From: an uncultured bacterium
Lineage (GTDB): Bacteria; Verrucomicrobiota; Verrucomicrobiia; Verrucomicrobiales; DEV007
Assembly: GCA_963977015.1 (NCBI GenBank)
Contig: CAXBMO010000018.1
Location: 56,252 to 120,251 of the forward strand
Length of the DNA: 64,000 nucleotides
Direction of reading: 5' to 3'
Part shown: positions 50,950 to 61,038 of the stretch, piece after piece
How positions within the stretch are numbered: position 1 is the stretch's first letter
Layout: each line of letters begins with the position of its first letter
Notes under the pieces: model-generated
Database searches by the model: none
The model's input: only the letters and a program-made list of their open reading frames with translations
Told to the model about the DNA's origin: nothing
Made by a program: the position numbers and the translations under genes

Positions 50950-52577
50950 TTCAAGCCCTTCATCAAAAACTCTGCGTTGGATCCGGAAGCGCGAAGGTTT
51001 CTCATGAGAACCTCGACGGCCTCGACCGCAGGCAACTGTGAAAGTTCGCGGCGCATGATCGCGATGCGCTTAAACTCCTCAGGATGATACAGCTTGTCGT
51101 CGTTTCGAGTTCCTGACTTGAGAATGTGGAGCGCGGGAAAGATGCGCTTTTCAACCATCTCGCGATCCAGGGAGATCTCCATGTTTCCAGTTCCCTTGAA
51201 CTCCTCAAAGATGACCTCATCCATCCGGTTTTCCGTCTCGATCAAGGCGGTCGCAATAATGGTGAGGCTACCGCCTTCCTCCACATTTCGAGCTGATCCG
51301 AAGAATTTCCGCGGCTTGATGAGCGCCTTGGTTCCGATACCGCCTGAACCGATGCGGCCTCCACCCTGGATCTGGTTGTATCCCCGAGCCAGACGGGTCA
51401 AGCTGTCGAGCAGGATAACCACGTCCTTTCCGAGCTCGACCAAACGCCGGGCCCTTTCCGAAACAAGTTCAGCAACCTGGATGTGTCGCTTCGGATTCTC
51501 ATCAAACGTGGAGCTGTAGACCTGGACGTTGACGGTTTCGGTAAAGTCCGTCACCTCCTCAGGCCGCTCGTCCAAAAGCAGAACCAAGAGTTCAATCTCC
51601 GGATAGTTTTTGCTGATCGAGGAAGCAATATCCTTGAGCAGCAACGTTTTTCCACCCCGCGGCGGCGCATTGATCAATCCGCGCTGCCCCTTGCCCAATG
51701 GCGCTACCAAATCCACAATTCGAGAGGAAATAGAGGCGTCCTTTTTCGTTTCCAGGATAATGCGATCCTTCGGAAACAGTGCGGTGAGGTCGTCAAACTT
51801 CTTCGGCGTGACCCAATCCTTGATCGGAATGCCTTCGATGGTCAGCACCTCATCGGCGGAGAAAAACTTGTCCTTCTCTCGAGGGGTCCGGATGTTGCAT
51901 CGAAGCTTTAAACCCGGGCGCAGATTATGGCGGCGAATCACGCTATTGTGAACGTAAATATCGTCGGGAAGCGGAGCAAAACTGTAGCGCTCCCAGCGGA
52001 TATTCCCATAGCCGCCTCCGTCGTATTCCAAAACGCCTTCCCCTTCAATTCTGGTTCCGCGGCGGGCGTAGTAGGAAAGAATCTCGAACAACAGCTGATG
52101 CTTTGAGCGAATACCGGCGACTCGCAATTCCGCTTCCACCGCCATTTTATGCAGCTCGGACAATGGACGCTTGTGCAGCTCATTGATGTCGCAAAAATCG
52201 GGAACCGGCGGTAACGGCTTGGGTTCAGGCTCCGGCTCAGCGTCTTCTGGCTGCTTTTTCGCGGCAACCTCCGTGGCTTCCTGATCAACCTTTGCTGGCT
52301 GCTCTTTCGCGGCAACCTCCTTTACCTCGTCATCACCCGTTTCCGGTGGGGTTTCAGGGGAAACCTCGACCGGTTGTTTTTCCACTTTCTCGGCCTCCAC
52401 TTTCGGCTCTTTTGCTAGTGCTTTGGATTTGGGAACCTTGGCTGCCCGGGCGGCTTTCTTTGCGGCGGACTTTCGCGCTGCTTTTTTGGCGGCTTTTTTG
52501 GGCACGGTTGCGGCTTCGGCCTTCTCCTTTTCAGGAGCTTCCGCAGGGGTAGTATCTTCAGGTGAATCTGTTGTCAT
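50946..52577 (-). CDS. rho: Transcription termination factor Rho with an N-terminal disordered extension
   Basis: APLGKGQRGLINAPPRGGKT, LLDERPEEVTD, LDSLTRLAR, EEFKGTGNME. Confidence 0.93.
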   Translation of the reverse strand: MTTDSPEDTTPAEAPEKEKAEAATVPKKAAKKAARKSAAKKAARAAKVPKSKALAKEPKVEAEKVEKQPVEVSPETPPETGDDEVKEVAAKEQPAKVDQEATEVAAKKQPEDAEPEPEPKPLPPVPDFCDINELHKRPLSELHKMAVEAELRVAGIRSKHQLLFEILSYYARRGTRIEGEGVLEYDGGGYGNIRWERYSFAPLPDDIYVHNSVIRRHNLRPGLKLRCNIRTPREKDKFFSADEVLTIEGIPIKDWVTPKKFDDLTALFPKDRIILETKKDASISSRIVDLVAPLGKGQRGLINAPPRGGKTLLLKDIASSISKNYPEIELLVLLLDERPEEVTDFTETVNVQVYSSTFDENPKRHIQVAELVSERARRLVELGKDVVILLDSLTRLARGYNQIQGGGRIGSGGIGTKALIKPRKFFGSARNVEEGGSLTIIATALIETENRMDEVIFEEFKGTGNMEISLDREMVEKRIFPALHILKSGTRNDDKLYHPEEFKRIAIMRRELSQLPAVEAVEVLMRNLRASGSNAEFLMKGLK

Positions 52578-53179
52578 GGAAACATGAGGCTGATCCGGGA
52601 TGCAGCCAATCGTGTTTGGCGGGAGAGGGCGTGGGGAGAGCCTTCGTTCCAAATTACCACATTGGCCCGGCGCATCTTTTCCGCAATCGGTAACTGTGCT
52701 TCAATTCGAGCAAGCGCTTGATCCGGATCGAGTTGATCGCGTTGCTGTAAACGGGACAACTGAGTACCCGTCGAACACGCCACAACCACATCAATGTCGC
52801 GCTTTAGCGGAAAATCAACTTCATAAAGCAACGGAACTTCAATCAGCACGCATCTGCCAATCTGGAGGTGACGCCAGGAATTGACTTTTTCCAGCACCAA
52901 CGGATGAAGGAGATCCTCCAGCCATTTGCGTCTGCCAGGATTTGAGAAGACCCGATCGCCGAGAAACTGGCGGTTCAGCTTGCCGTTTTCAGCAATGATT
53001 TCATTGCCGAATTCCGCCGCAACACTCTCCAAGACCACCGAATCGCCATAGAGTTCATGCACAACCGCATCACAACTCAGCAGCGGGGCCTCCAGAGCCT
53101 TTGCCAACGCATGGCAAACGGTCGTCTTGCCCGAAGCAATTCCACCTGTGATCGCAACGGTGAACATGGTGTCTGTCAA
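52574..53179 (-). CDS. coaE: Dephospho-CoA kinase
   Basis: ITGGIASGKTT, LLHP, EVPLLYE, RIEAQLP. Confidence 0.93.
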   Translation of the reverse strand: MTDTMFTVAITGGIASGKTTVCHALAKALEAPLLSCDAVVHELYGDSVVLESVAAEFGNEIIAENGKLNRQFLGDRVFSNPGRRKWLEDLLHPLVLEKVNSWRHLQIGRCVLIEVPLLYEVDFPLKRDIDVVVACSTGTQLSRLQQRDQLDPDQALARIEAQLPIAEKMRRANVVIWNEGSPHALSRQTRLAASRISLMFP

Positions 53180-53253
53180 AAAGAAACGTGGCGGAGGATC
53201 CTAATCGAATCCCTCCGCCACGCGAAAATCAAGTCCGGATTTTACCGGTAGCT

Positions 53254-55809
53254 CTACAGATCGACTGGATCAGCCGGTCCGGAAAGGTCTTGGTTAATCG
53301 GAATACCAGCAGGGTCAATCAATCGGGCTGTCACAAATACGGTCAGGTTCCGCTTGTTGTGAACCTCTGCCTCGGTGCGGAAAAGGAATCCAACCACCGG
53401 GACATCGCCGAGAATCGGCAGCTTGTCCTCAACGTGCTGAATATCCTCACGAATCAATCCACCAACGGCGACGGTTTGACCGTCCCAGATCGTCACCGCA
53501 GTCGTTACCCGGCGAGTCGCAAAAATCGGCATTTCAATTCGGTTCTCCGTCAATTGCACCTGAACAGGCTGACCATTGGCGACACCACCGGTAAAAATGG
53601 GACTCCCGTAGTTGATGAAACCTTCGAACTCGACGACTTCAGGATTGAGGTTCAGGTCGATCGTGAACCCATCGGCCCCGATCACGGGGTCAACTTCCAG
53701 AGTCACCCCAACGTTCCGCGTCTCAAATGCGGCCGGGTTGGCGGGCGTAACCGGGAAGGAACTGACTTCAGAACCACCTGTAAGGCCGGTCGTTCCGGTG
53801 ATTCCCGTTCCGAACGAGTCAGGAATTTCCGGTGGATCATACTCGGAAGGATAGATGAACTCGCGAATCACCTCAATCTTGGCGCGTTGACCGCTTCGAG
53901 CAACAACGCTCGGGGCCGAGAGGAGATCTGATCCCTTGTGCTGGCTGATCGCACGAAGAACCACTTGGAACTGAGGGTCGGTAAACACACCGGCCAAGGA
54001 CATGATCCCCGGAGCAAGCGCCGTTTGCCCAGCCTGAGCAGTGGTCAACAGGTTGTCGATGGTACTGGTATTGAGCGCCAGATCACCAGTCCGGTTTGCC
54101 GCCGTCAGCGGAAAATCTCCCAACGGAACCGCAGCACCGGGTGCGATGAACGGGAAGTCCAGATTATTGAGTTCGTTCCGGGCGTTACCGACCGTTCCAC
54201 CACTTCCGAACACCTTGTCGCTGCTTCCCACGTTGAACTGGCCCAGCAACCAATCAAATCCGAAGGTCTCGTTGTCATCCTGGCGGACTTCAACAAACTT
54301 GGAAGTGATGTAAATCTGCTTCTGGACCTCTTCGACCTGCGCCTGAACGAAGGCTTCGACCAGATCGAGGTTGGTTTGTGAGTTGCGAACCACCAATTGC
54401 GACGTGGTCGGGTTGTAGATGGCGCTCGATCCCGGAGGAAACGTAATTCCAGCTTCTTCCAACACCACTTTCGCGGTTGGTCGCACGGCAAGCGTGGTTC
54501 CGCCACCACCTCCGCCACCAAGATCGGCGAAAGGATCATCACTCACACCACCACCTCCGTCTCCGCCTGCTTTCAGGAAGCCTGGAGGAACGCGGAAAAC
54601 CTGGGTGAAGAGGTCGTCACTCACTTCAGTAATTGGAATGATGACCACGGCGTTGGACTCGACCTTGAATTTCAGGCGAGCCAGTTCCGTGGTGTAGCGA
54701 AGTGCTTCGACCAACGGAACGTTGGAAAGTTTCAGGGAGATCCGGGTTTGGCTTGGATCATCGCCACCGCCAAATCCACCACCGCCACCACCTGCGGGAT
54801 CATCGAACCCAAGGTCGGCACCGCCACCTCCAAGGCCGCCACCTCCTCCACCGCCACTGCTTCCAGTACGGATGATGATGTTGATTCCCTTCCGGGTCGG
54901 ATCGGGCTCCAAATCATCGAGTTCCACACTCTTCTGGCGCAGAAATTCGATCGCATCGGAGAGCGGAGTATCCTCAAACTCGATTTCCGGGATGTAAATC
55001 CGCTTCAGCTTCTCGTTGATGTAGTCAACACCGGTGATCTCGGAGGTCGGCTCAATGATCTCTCCTCCGGTAAGTCCAAATCGTGGCACTTCGAGTTCCC
55101 ACAACTCTGAGACCTGGCGCAGGAACGTTGCCCGGGTCTGGTCGTAGGCACTGTCGTAATAGAGGCGACGCTGGCGCTCCACATCTTCCAGTCCACGACG
55201 AGAGGCGGAGTTGTAGGGGTCAAAGTTCAGCGCTTCGAAATACTTCTGCTCTGCGGAATCATAGTCCCCCAAACGAATGTAGCTTTCTGCAACCTTGAGA
55301 GCGGATTCAACACGCTTCACTCTCGCAATGTGCTCGGGAGTGACTGCGGGAGAGTAGATCTCCGGATCGTTCAGATCCTCCAACAATTGGCGGGCTTCAC
55401 GGTTTTCAGGATCAATACCGGGATCGAGAACGGCGGTGACAAGCTTGATGGACTCATCATAGCGCCCTTCTTCGGCTCGCTGACGTGCGAGTGCGACACT
55501 GGCATCGGCAAATTGACGGGTGTATTCATTGCGGCGTTCCTGAACGACGGGGGCGTCGGGAAGCAAGTCCAATGCCTTCCGGAATTCCGTGACAGCCGCA
55601 TCATAATCCTTGTCAGCCATAAAACGCTGACCACGCAGAGCCGCATCATCTGCTTTCGCGACCAATTCTTGCCTTCTAGCGACGGCTTTCCGTGCCGCAT
55701 CCGGAACCATTGAGGATTGCGCATGCACCGATTCAGCAGGCGTCCAGCCTACAGCCACGAGACTGAGGAGACACCACCAGGGACTTTTCTTCAAAGCGTT
55801 AGCTATCAT
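53254..55809 (-). CDS. Amuc_1098-like outer-membrane secretin (PilQ/GspD family) with TPRs
   Basis: Signal peptide, TPR helices, DLLSAPSVVARSGQRAKIEVIREFIYP, DGQTVAVGGL, KLPILGDVPVVGFLFR. Confidence 0.9.
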   Translation of the reverse strand: MIANALKKSPWWCLLSLVAVGWTPAESVHAQSSMVPDAARKAVARRQELVAKADDAALRGQRFMADKDYDAAVTEFRKALDLLPDAPVVQERRNEYTRQFADASVALARQRAEEGRYDESIKLVTAVLDPGIDPENREARQLLEDLNDPEIYSPAVTPEHIARVKRVESALKVAESYIRLGDYDSAEQKYFEALNFDPYNSASRRGLEDVERQRRLYYDSAYDQTRATFLRQVSELWELEVPRFGLTGGEIIEPTSEITGVDYINEKLKRIYIPEIEFEDTPLSDAIEFLRQKSVELDDLEPDPTRKGINIIIRTGSSGGGGGGGLGGGGADLGFDDPAGGGGGGFGGGDDPSQTRISLKLSNVPLVEALRYTTELARLKFKVESNAVVIIPITEVSDDLFTQVFRVPPGFLKAGGDGGGGVSDDPFADLGGGGGGGTTLAVRPTAKVVLEEAGITFPPGSSAIYNPTTSQLVVRNSQTNLDLVEAFVQAQVEEVQKQIYITSKFVEVRQDDNETFGFDWLLGQFNVGSSDKVFGSGGTVGNARNELNNLDFPFIAPGAAVPLGDFPLTAANRTGDLALNTSTIDNLLTTAQAGQTALAPGIMSLAGVFTDPQFQVVLRAISQHKGSDLLSAPSVVARSGQRAKIEVIREFIYPSEYDPPEIPDSFGTGITGTTGLTGGSEVSSFPVTPANPAAFETRNVGVTLEVDPVIGADGFTIDLNLNPEVVEFEGFINYGSPIFTGGVANGQPVQVQLTENRIEMPIFATRRVTTAVTIWDGQTVAVGGLIREDIQHVEDKLPILGDVPVVGFLFRTEAEVHNKRNLTVFVTARLIDPAGIPINQDLSGPADPVDL

Positions 55810-56120
55810 AAATGTTGAGCCTTAATTAAGCTGGATTCACCGTCGAGAATCCGAATTTCGGGAGGTTGGGACGAGGTTTTAAAGTTCTGAAGGTTTCTTT
55901 GCAATCATATTTTAATGTTTTTGCGCCCCCAAAGGGGGAATTTTCTCACATTCTAAAAACATTCGCCTCCAGGCAGGAATTTCCCGGGCTTTGCGAAAAA
56001 ACACGATGCATCAACGACAGAACCTCAATGAGGAACGGCAGAGCGCAGTTCAACAAAAGGAAGACAGGATGACAAAGCTAAAAGTCACCCAAATGCCAGG
56101 TTCGCCATGAAGGCGGACCT

Positions 56121-57731
56121 CTAGCTCTCTTCGTATTTTTTACGGCGAGCGGCCTTCACCAACCCAAAGAACAGCGGATGGGGATGGTTTGGCTTCGACA
56201 AGAATTCCGGGTGGAACTGGCTCGCGATAAAGAAAGGATGTTTCGGAAGTTCAACGATTTCGGCGAGACCAAATTCAGGATTGATCCCGGAAATGACCAG
56301 GCCGGCATCTTCCAGCTGTTGGCGATACTTCTGGTTCAACTCATACCGATGCCGATGGCGCTCAGAAACTTCTGTCTGCCCGTAGAGGTCAAACGCCAGG
56401 CTTCCCTGGGCAATCTCGGTCACCGAGGTGCCCAATCGCATCGATCCACCGAGATCGACCACCTCCTCCTGTTCTTCCATGAGACAAATGACCGGATGCA
56501 CCGCGTCCTTTTTGAATTCCGTGCTGTTCGCCTCGCTTAAACCGCAGACGTTGCGCGCGAATTCGATCGTCGCAATCTGCATCCCGAGGCAAAGCCCCAG
56601 AAATGGGACGTTGTTCTCACGGGCGTATTGGGCTGCCGCAATTTTGCCTTCGATTCCACGGGTTCCAAAGCCGCCGGGAATGAGAATTCCGTCCATGGAT
56701 TCCAGATAGGAGTCCGGGCCACGTCTTTCGATGTCTTCCGAGTCGACGTTGACGTAAAGAACCTGGCTGTCGTTTTCGGCGCCGGCATGGGTCAATGCCT
56801 CATAGATGCTCTTGTAGGCATCCTGGAGTCCCATGTATTTGCCAACGACACCGATCTTGATCGATTTGGACGGATTTTTGACGCGTTCAACAAACCCTTC
56901 CCAATCAGCCAACGCCAGTTCGTTGGCCTGCAAGCCCAGTTTTTCGACCACGATTTGGTCAAGATTTTCGTCTCGCAGATAGAGAGGGACATCGTAAATC
57001 GTCTCCTTCACGTCGTGACCACAGATCACCGCTTTGGGGGAAATGTTGCAGAACAGCGCGATTTTATCACGCACATCCTGCTCCAACTCCCGTTCACTGC
57101 GGGCAATAATGATGTCTGGCTGGATTCCAATTTCCCGCAATTTCGCGACACTTTGCTGGGTTGGCTTCGTTTTCAACTCACCGGCGGCGGCGATGTAGGG
57201 AACCAACGTCACATGGACAAACAGTACGTTTTCCTTGCCTACATCGTGCGAAAACTGGCGCAGGGCCTCCAAAAAGGGCAGTCCTTCAATATCACCGACC
57301 GTTCCTCCGATTTCCGTGATGATGATGTCACCACCCATCTTCTTGGCGACCTCTTCAATGCGCGCCTTGATTTCATCGGTCACGTGAGGAATCACCTGCA
57401 CGGTTTTGCCGAGATATTCTCCCCGGCGTTCGTTCTTAATAACCGTTTCGTAAACCTGCCCACTGGTCAGATTGTTGAGTTGGCTTAAGACGCAGGAAGT
57501 GAAGCGCTCGTAGTGGCCAAGATCCAAGTCACATTCCGCCCCGTCATCCAGGACATAGACCTCCCCATGTTCATAGGGATTCATGGTTCCCGGATCGACG
57601 TTGAGATACGGATCAAACTTCTGGAGAATTACCTTTAAACCCCGATGCTCGAGCAAGGTTCCTAACGATGCTGCGGCAAGCCCTTTACCAAGGGAACTAA
57701 CTACGCCGCCTGTGAAAAAAATATACTTCAT
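56121..57731 (-). CDS. pyrG: CTP synthase
   Basis: [37 protein letters not shown]. Confidence 0.98.
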   Translation of the reverse strand: MKYIFFTGGVVSSLGKGLAAASLGTLLEHRGLKVILQKFDPYLNVDPGTMNPYEHGEVYVLDDGAECDLDLGHYERFTSCVLSQLNNLTSGQVYETVIKNERRGEYLGKTVQVIPHVTDEIKARIEEVAKKMGGDIIITEIGGTVGDIEGLPFLEALRQFSHDVGKENVLFVHVTLVPYIAAAGELKTKPTQQSVAKLREIGIQPDIIIARSERELEQDVRDKIALFCNISPKAVICGHDVKETIYDVPLYLRDENLDQIVVEKLGLQANELALADWEGFVERVKNPSKSIKIGVVGKYMGLQDAYKSIYEALTHAGAENDSQVLYVNVDSEDIERRGPDSYLESMDGILIPGGFGTRGIEGKIAAAQYARENNVPFLGLCLGMQIATIEFARNVCGLSEANSTEFKKDAVHPVICLMEEQEEVVDLGGSMRLGTSVTEIAQGSLAFDLYGQTEVSERHRHRYELNQKYRQQLEDAGLVISGINPEFGLAEIVELPKHPFFIASQFHPEFLSKPNHPHPLFFGLVKAARRKKYEES

Positions 57732-58495
57732 CGGGTATGCTCTAACATTGCCGCGACTATCCGCGCTTGCTCCGGAGTGTCAACGCCTGGTGACTCGTCA
57801 TTTGTGATCGCGACCTGAATTCGCGCACCATTTTCCAAGGCCCGCAATTGCTCCAGGCCTTCGGTCTGTTCAAGAGGGCTCGGTGCCCATTCAACAAACT
57901 GAAGCACAAACTCGCGCCGGTAACCGTAAATTCCCTTGTGGCGGTAGGCGGTAAAACCATCAATTCCTGCATTCCGAACGAAAGGAATGCCACTCCGTGA
58001 AAAATAGAGCGCCCGGTTGGAGGAATCGAGGACGACTTTGACGACGTTCGAATCTGCGATCAACTCGGGATCGTCGATCGGGTTTGCCGCCGTAACCATT
58101 TCCAGATCCGGGTTCTCGATCAAAATCCGGGCCAATTCATCAATCAAGGCGGGATCGATCAGCGGCTCGTCTCCTTGAATATTCACGATGGCGCCGTGAT
58201 TTGGAAACGATCGTGCCACCTCCGCAATGCGGTCAGTGCCGCTGGGGTGGTCCGGAGACGTCATGCAGGCTTTGGCTCCAAACTCCGTCGCAGCTTGATG
58301 GATCCGCTCATCGTCTGTTGCGATGATCACGTCATCCAGATGGTTGCAGGAGAGGCATCGCTCCCAAACATGCTGAACCAGCGGTTTGCCAGCGATCGGG
58401 TGCAAGATTTTCCCTGGAAATCGGGTCGATCCCCAACGGGCCGGGATGACGCCAAGAACGTTACAATTGATTTGCGGTGACTTTGAATCGTCCAA
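57728..58495 (-). CDS. kdsB: 3-deoxy-manno-octulosonate cytidylyltransferase
   Basis: [33 protein letters not shown]. Confidence 0.96.
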   Translation of the reverse strand: MDDSKSPQINCNVLGVIPARWGSTRFPGKILHPIAGKPLVQHVWERCLSCNHLDDVIIATDDERIHQAATEFGAKACMTSPDHPSGTDRIAEVARSFPNHGAIVNIQGDEPLIDPALIDELARILIENPDLEMVTAANPIDDPELIADSNVVKVVLDSSNRALYFSRSGIPFVRNAGIDGFTAYRHKGIYGYRREFVLQFVEWAPSPLEQTEGLEQLRALENGARIQVAITNDESPGVDTPEQARIVAAMLEHTR

Positions 58496-58599
58496 AATGA
58501 GTCTAATTAGAAATGGAAAACCAGAATTATTGTTGTGGTTTCCTCGCTTCTGCTGAGATAGTTAAGCGTGCCATTCGGCGCAACCGTTTTCTGCCTGCC

Positions 58600-59415
58600 A
58601 TGTCAAAACCAACTTCCTTCAAGATCGGACTGGGCCTGCTCATTTTTCTGCCGCTCACTCATTTCTCCCGTGCCGAGCAACTACCGGCGAAGCTCGATCT
58701 CACGTCTCTTCCCGCCACCTTTATTGATGAAGTGATCGTTCCCAATCCGGACGAGGTCTTCTCATTGATGGACAAACTTCCCGGACAACCGGATTGGTCG
58801 AGCAAGGTCCGAAAGGATTTTGAGGTCAGTCGCCCCGGAAATCGCACCACGCTTGCCCTGATTTTTGGAACCTTGATCGCCGATGGCTTTGTCGCGGTTC
58901 AGGCGGAAGACACCGAAGGCGTAAAGAATGCCGGTCGAGAAATTCTGGCTCTTTCCAAGACCCTGGGATTGGAAGAAGCGGTCGTGCCCCACTGCAACGC
59001 GATCATTTCCGCCTGTCAGAATCGGCTTTGGGACGAAGTGCGTGGCGAATTTGATCAAACTCACAAGACCGTCAAAGAAACCATGGCGAAAATGCGCGAT
59101 GAACAGCTCGCCCAATGCGTCAGCGTTTCCGGTTGGGTTCGCGGAACCGAAGTCTTGACCGGCCTGGTCGAGGACGGCTACTCGCCGGAAAAAGCGGAAA
59201 TCCTCCATCAGCCGGATTTGGCCGCTCACTTCGTCAAGCAATTGGAAGCCATGGACCAAAAGACGATCCAGAACCCGGCCATGCAAAGCATTTTGACCGG
59301 CCTTCGTGAAGTGAGCCTTTTGATGAGGGAAAGCCAGGAGCTTTCCGCTCCGGCAGTTGCGCAGATTCATGAAATTTGCTCCAAGATCCAGAGCACCATC
59401 CAATCCGACAAATAG
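58600..59415 (+). CDS. Secreted all-helical hypothetical protein
   Basis: Signal peptide, long clean ORF, first gene of a co-oriented run. Confidence 0.75.
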   Translation: MSKPTSFKIGLGLLIFLPLTHFSRAEQLPAKLDLTSLPATFIDEVIVPNPDEVFSLMDKLPGQPDWSSKVRKDFEVSRPGNRTTLALIFGTLIADGFVAVQAEDTEGVKNAGREILALSKTLGLEEAVVPHCNAIISACQNRLWDEVRGEFDQTHKTVKETMAKMRDEQLAQCVSVSGWVRGTEVLTGLVEDGYSPEKAEILHQPDLAAHFVKQLEAMDQKTIQNPAMQSILTGLREVSLLMRESQELSAPAVAQIHEICSKIQSTIQSDK

Positions 59416-59457
59416 GTCGCCACTCCATCGATTGTTCGCCCAACCACACCCAACGCC

Positions 59458-59904
59458 ATGAACAAGTTTAACCCAATGCCACTCCTAGCCAGTTTGGCGC
59501 TCATGACCCCTTTGCCATCCTTCGCGATGGTTGATGAGGCCCATTCCCTCATCATGGAAGTTGCCACCCCCTACGTCGAAGAAGGATTTACGATCCGGGC
59601 TGACTACTGGAACGGTGAGCTTGAAACCGGAAAGCAGAAGCTGATTCGCCACCAATTGTTTCGGGGAAACGAATATTGGTTCTGGCTCGCAACGAGTGAA
59701 CCGGACTGCAGCCTCAAAATTGAAGTCTACGACGCAGAGGGGCAGGCAGTAACCGTCGAGCGAACCGATATCCCAAATTGCGCCGGAGCCCGAGTGACCC
59801 CCGCCAAAACCGGCTCCTACTACATTCTGGTGAAAATCGATTGGCAGAAAACCTCAAAACCCGCGGGAGATGTCGCCTGGGCCGTCGCTTACGGATACCG
59901 CTAG
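59458..59904 (+). CDS. Secreted small beta-sandwich hypothetical protein
   Basis: Signal peptide and HQLFRGNEYWF…TGSYYI…YGYR. Confidence 0.75.
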   Translation: MNKFNPMPLLASLALMTPLPSFAMVDEAHSLIMEVATPYVEEGFTIRADYWNGELETGKQKLIRHQLFRGNEYWFWLATSEPDCSLKIEVYDAEGQAVTVERTDIPNCAGARVTPAKTGSYYILVKIDWQKTSKPAGDVAWAVAYGYR

Positions 59905-60037
59905 AAAGCAGACTTCGGATGGGGAGTAAGACCTTCACGAACATGGCTCGCCGCACATTTGTCAGGAGAATCCTGCCAAATGGCATTTCTCTACTTTTCA
60001 CCTTTCCCTTTCTTCAATTTTGCTTTCAAATGCCTCA

Positions 60038-60499
60038 ATGAGCAGTGCACAGAACCACGATTTGCCGGCTTTGGGATTTGCCAGAACCTTGGCGGAGGAA
60101 GACCGCAAACTCCTGGCCACATTCGGAGAATTCACAGTTGCAGAGCAGGGACAAACCATCATCCAGGAGGGAAAACCTCAGGACACCCTTTTCCTGGTGA
60201 TTTCCGGCAACCTTCACGTTCAAACCAATCAAACCGGACGGACCATCCTGCTGAACAGCCTTCGCGCTGGCGATACGATTGGTGAAGTCAACATTTTCGA
60301 TCCCGGTGAAGCGAGTGCGACCGTCACCCCCAATGAGTTCTCCGTCCTTTGGAGTATTTCGCGGGACAAGTTGCAGTCGTTCATGGATTCCCACCCTGCC
60401 GCAGCGGCTCAACTTCTCCTCAACGTCGCAACGTTGTTGAGCAAGCGCCTCCGGAAAACGAACGAAAAGGCAGCCATGACCCAGGATAGCCCCAGCTAA
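60038..60499 (+). CDS. Stand-alone cyclic nucleotide-binding domain protein
   Basis: IIQEG…LFLVISG…GDTIGEV…ASATV…RLR. No HTH. Confidence 0.88.
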   Translation: MSSAQNHDLPALGFARTLAEEDRKLLATFGEFTVAEQGQTIIQEGKPQDTLFLVISGNLHVQTNQTGRTILLNSLRAGDTIGEVNIFDPGEASATVTPNEFSVLWSISRDKLQSFMDSHPAAAAQLLLNVATLLSKRLRKTNEKAAMTQDSPS

Positions 60500-60552
60500 C
60501 CTTTTTTGACAGATCAGATCCTGTCGCGCGACATGGAAACGCGTCAGGCTCG

Positions 60553-60966
60553 ATGAATGAGAGAATGATTCTAGAAACCGGAATGCTCAGCCCCGAAACG
60601 CCGTTTCTGGTGTGGTTCTTCGCATTGGCAATTGGGCATTTTCTTGCCGATTACCCCCTCCAGGGTGAATTTTTGGCAATTCGGAAGAATCACCGGCTCC
60701 CCCCGGACGCCGACCAAGGCGTCCCCGACTTCATCGAGCTTCCCAACCAACTCTGGGTTCATTGCCTGACCGCACATTGCATGATTCACGCCGGCTTGGT
60801 CTGGATCATTACCGGCAATGTCTTTCTCGGGCTGGCCGAACTGGTTCTTCACTGGATCATCGACTTCCTTAAATCGGCCGGTCTCACCAATTTCCACGTG
60901 GATCAGTTCCTCCATATGGCGTGCAAAGTCGGCTACATTTTCGCACTCCCTTATCCCGGAGCGTAA
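60553..60966 (+). CDS. DUF3307 family membrane protein
   Basis: GHFLADYPLQ…AHCMIH…HWIID…DQFLH. Confidence 0.85.
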   Translation: MNERMILETGMLSPETPFLVWFFALAIGHFLADYPLQGEFLAIRKNHRLPPDADQGVPDFIELPNQLWVHCLTAHCMIHAGLVWIITGNVFLGLAELVLHWIIDFLKSAGLTNFHVDQFLHMACKVGYIFALPYPGA

Positions 60967-61038
60967 GATCTGCCGCCGGCCCATTCGGGCTGGAGGGTTG
61001 AACTTGTTATCGAAGACAATTCGGCCATAATTAAAACC

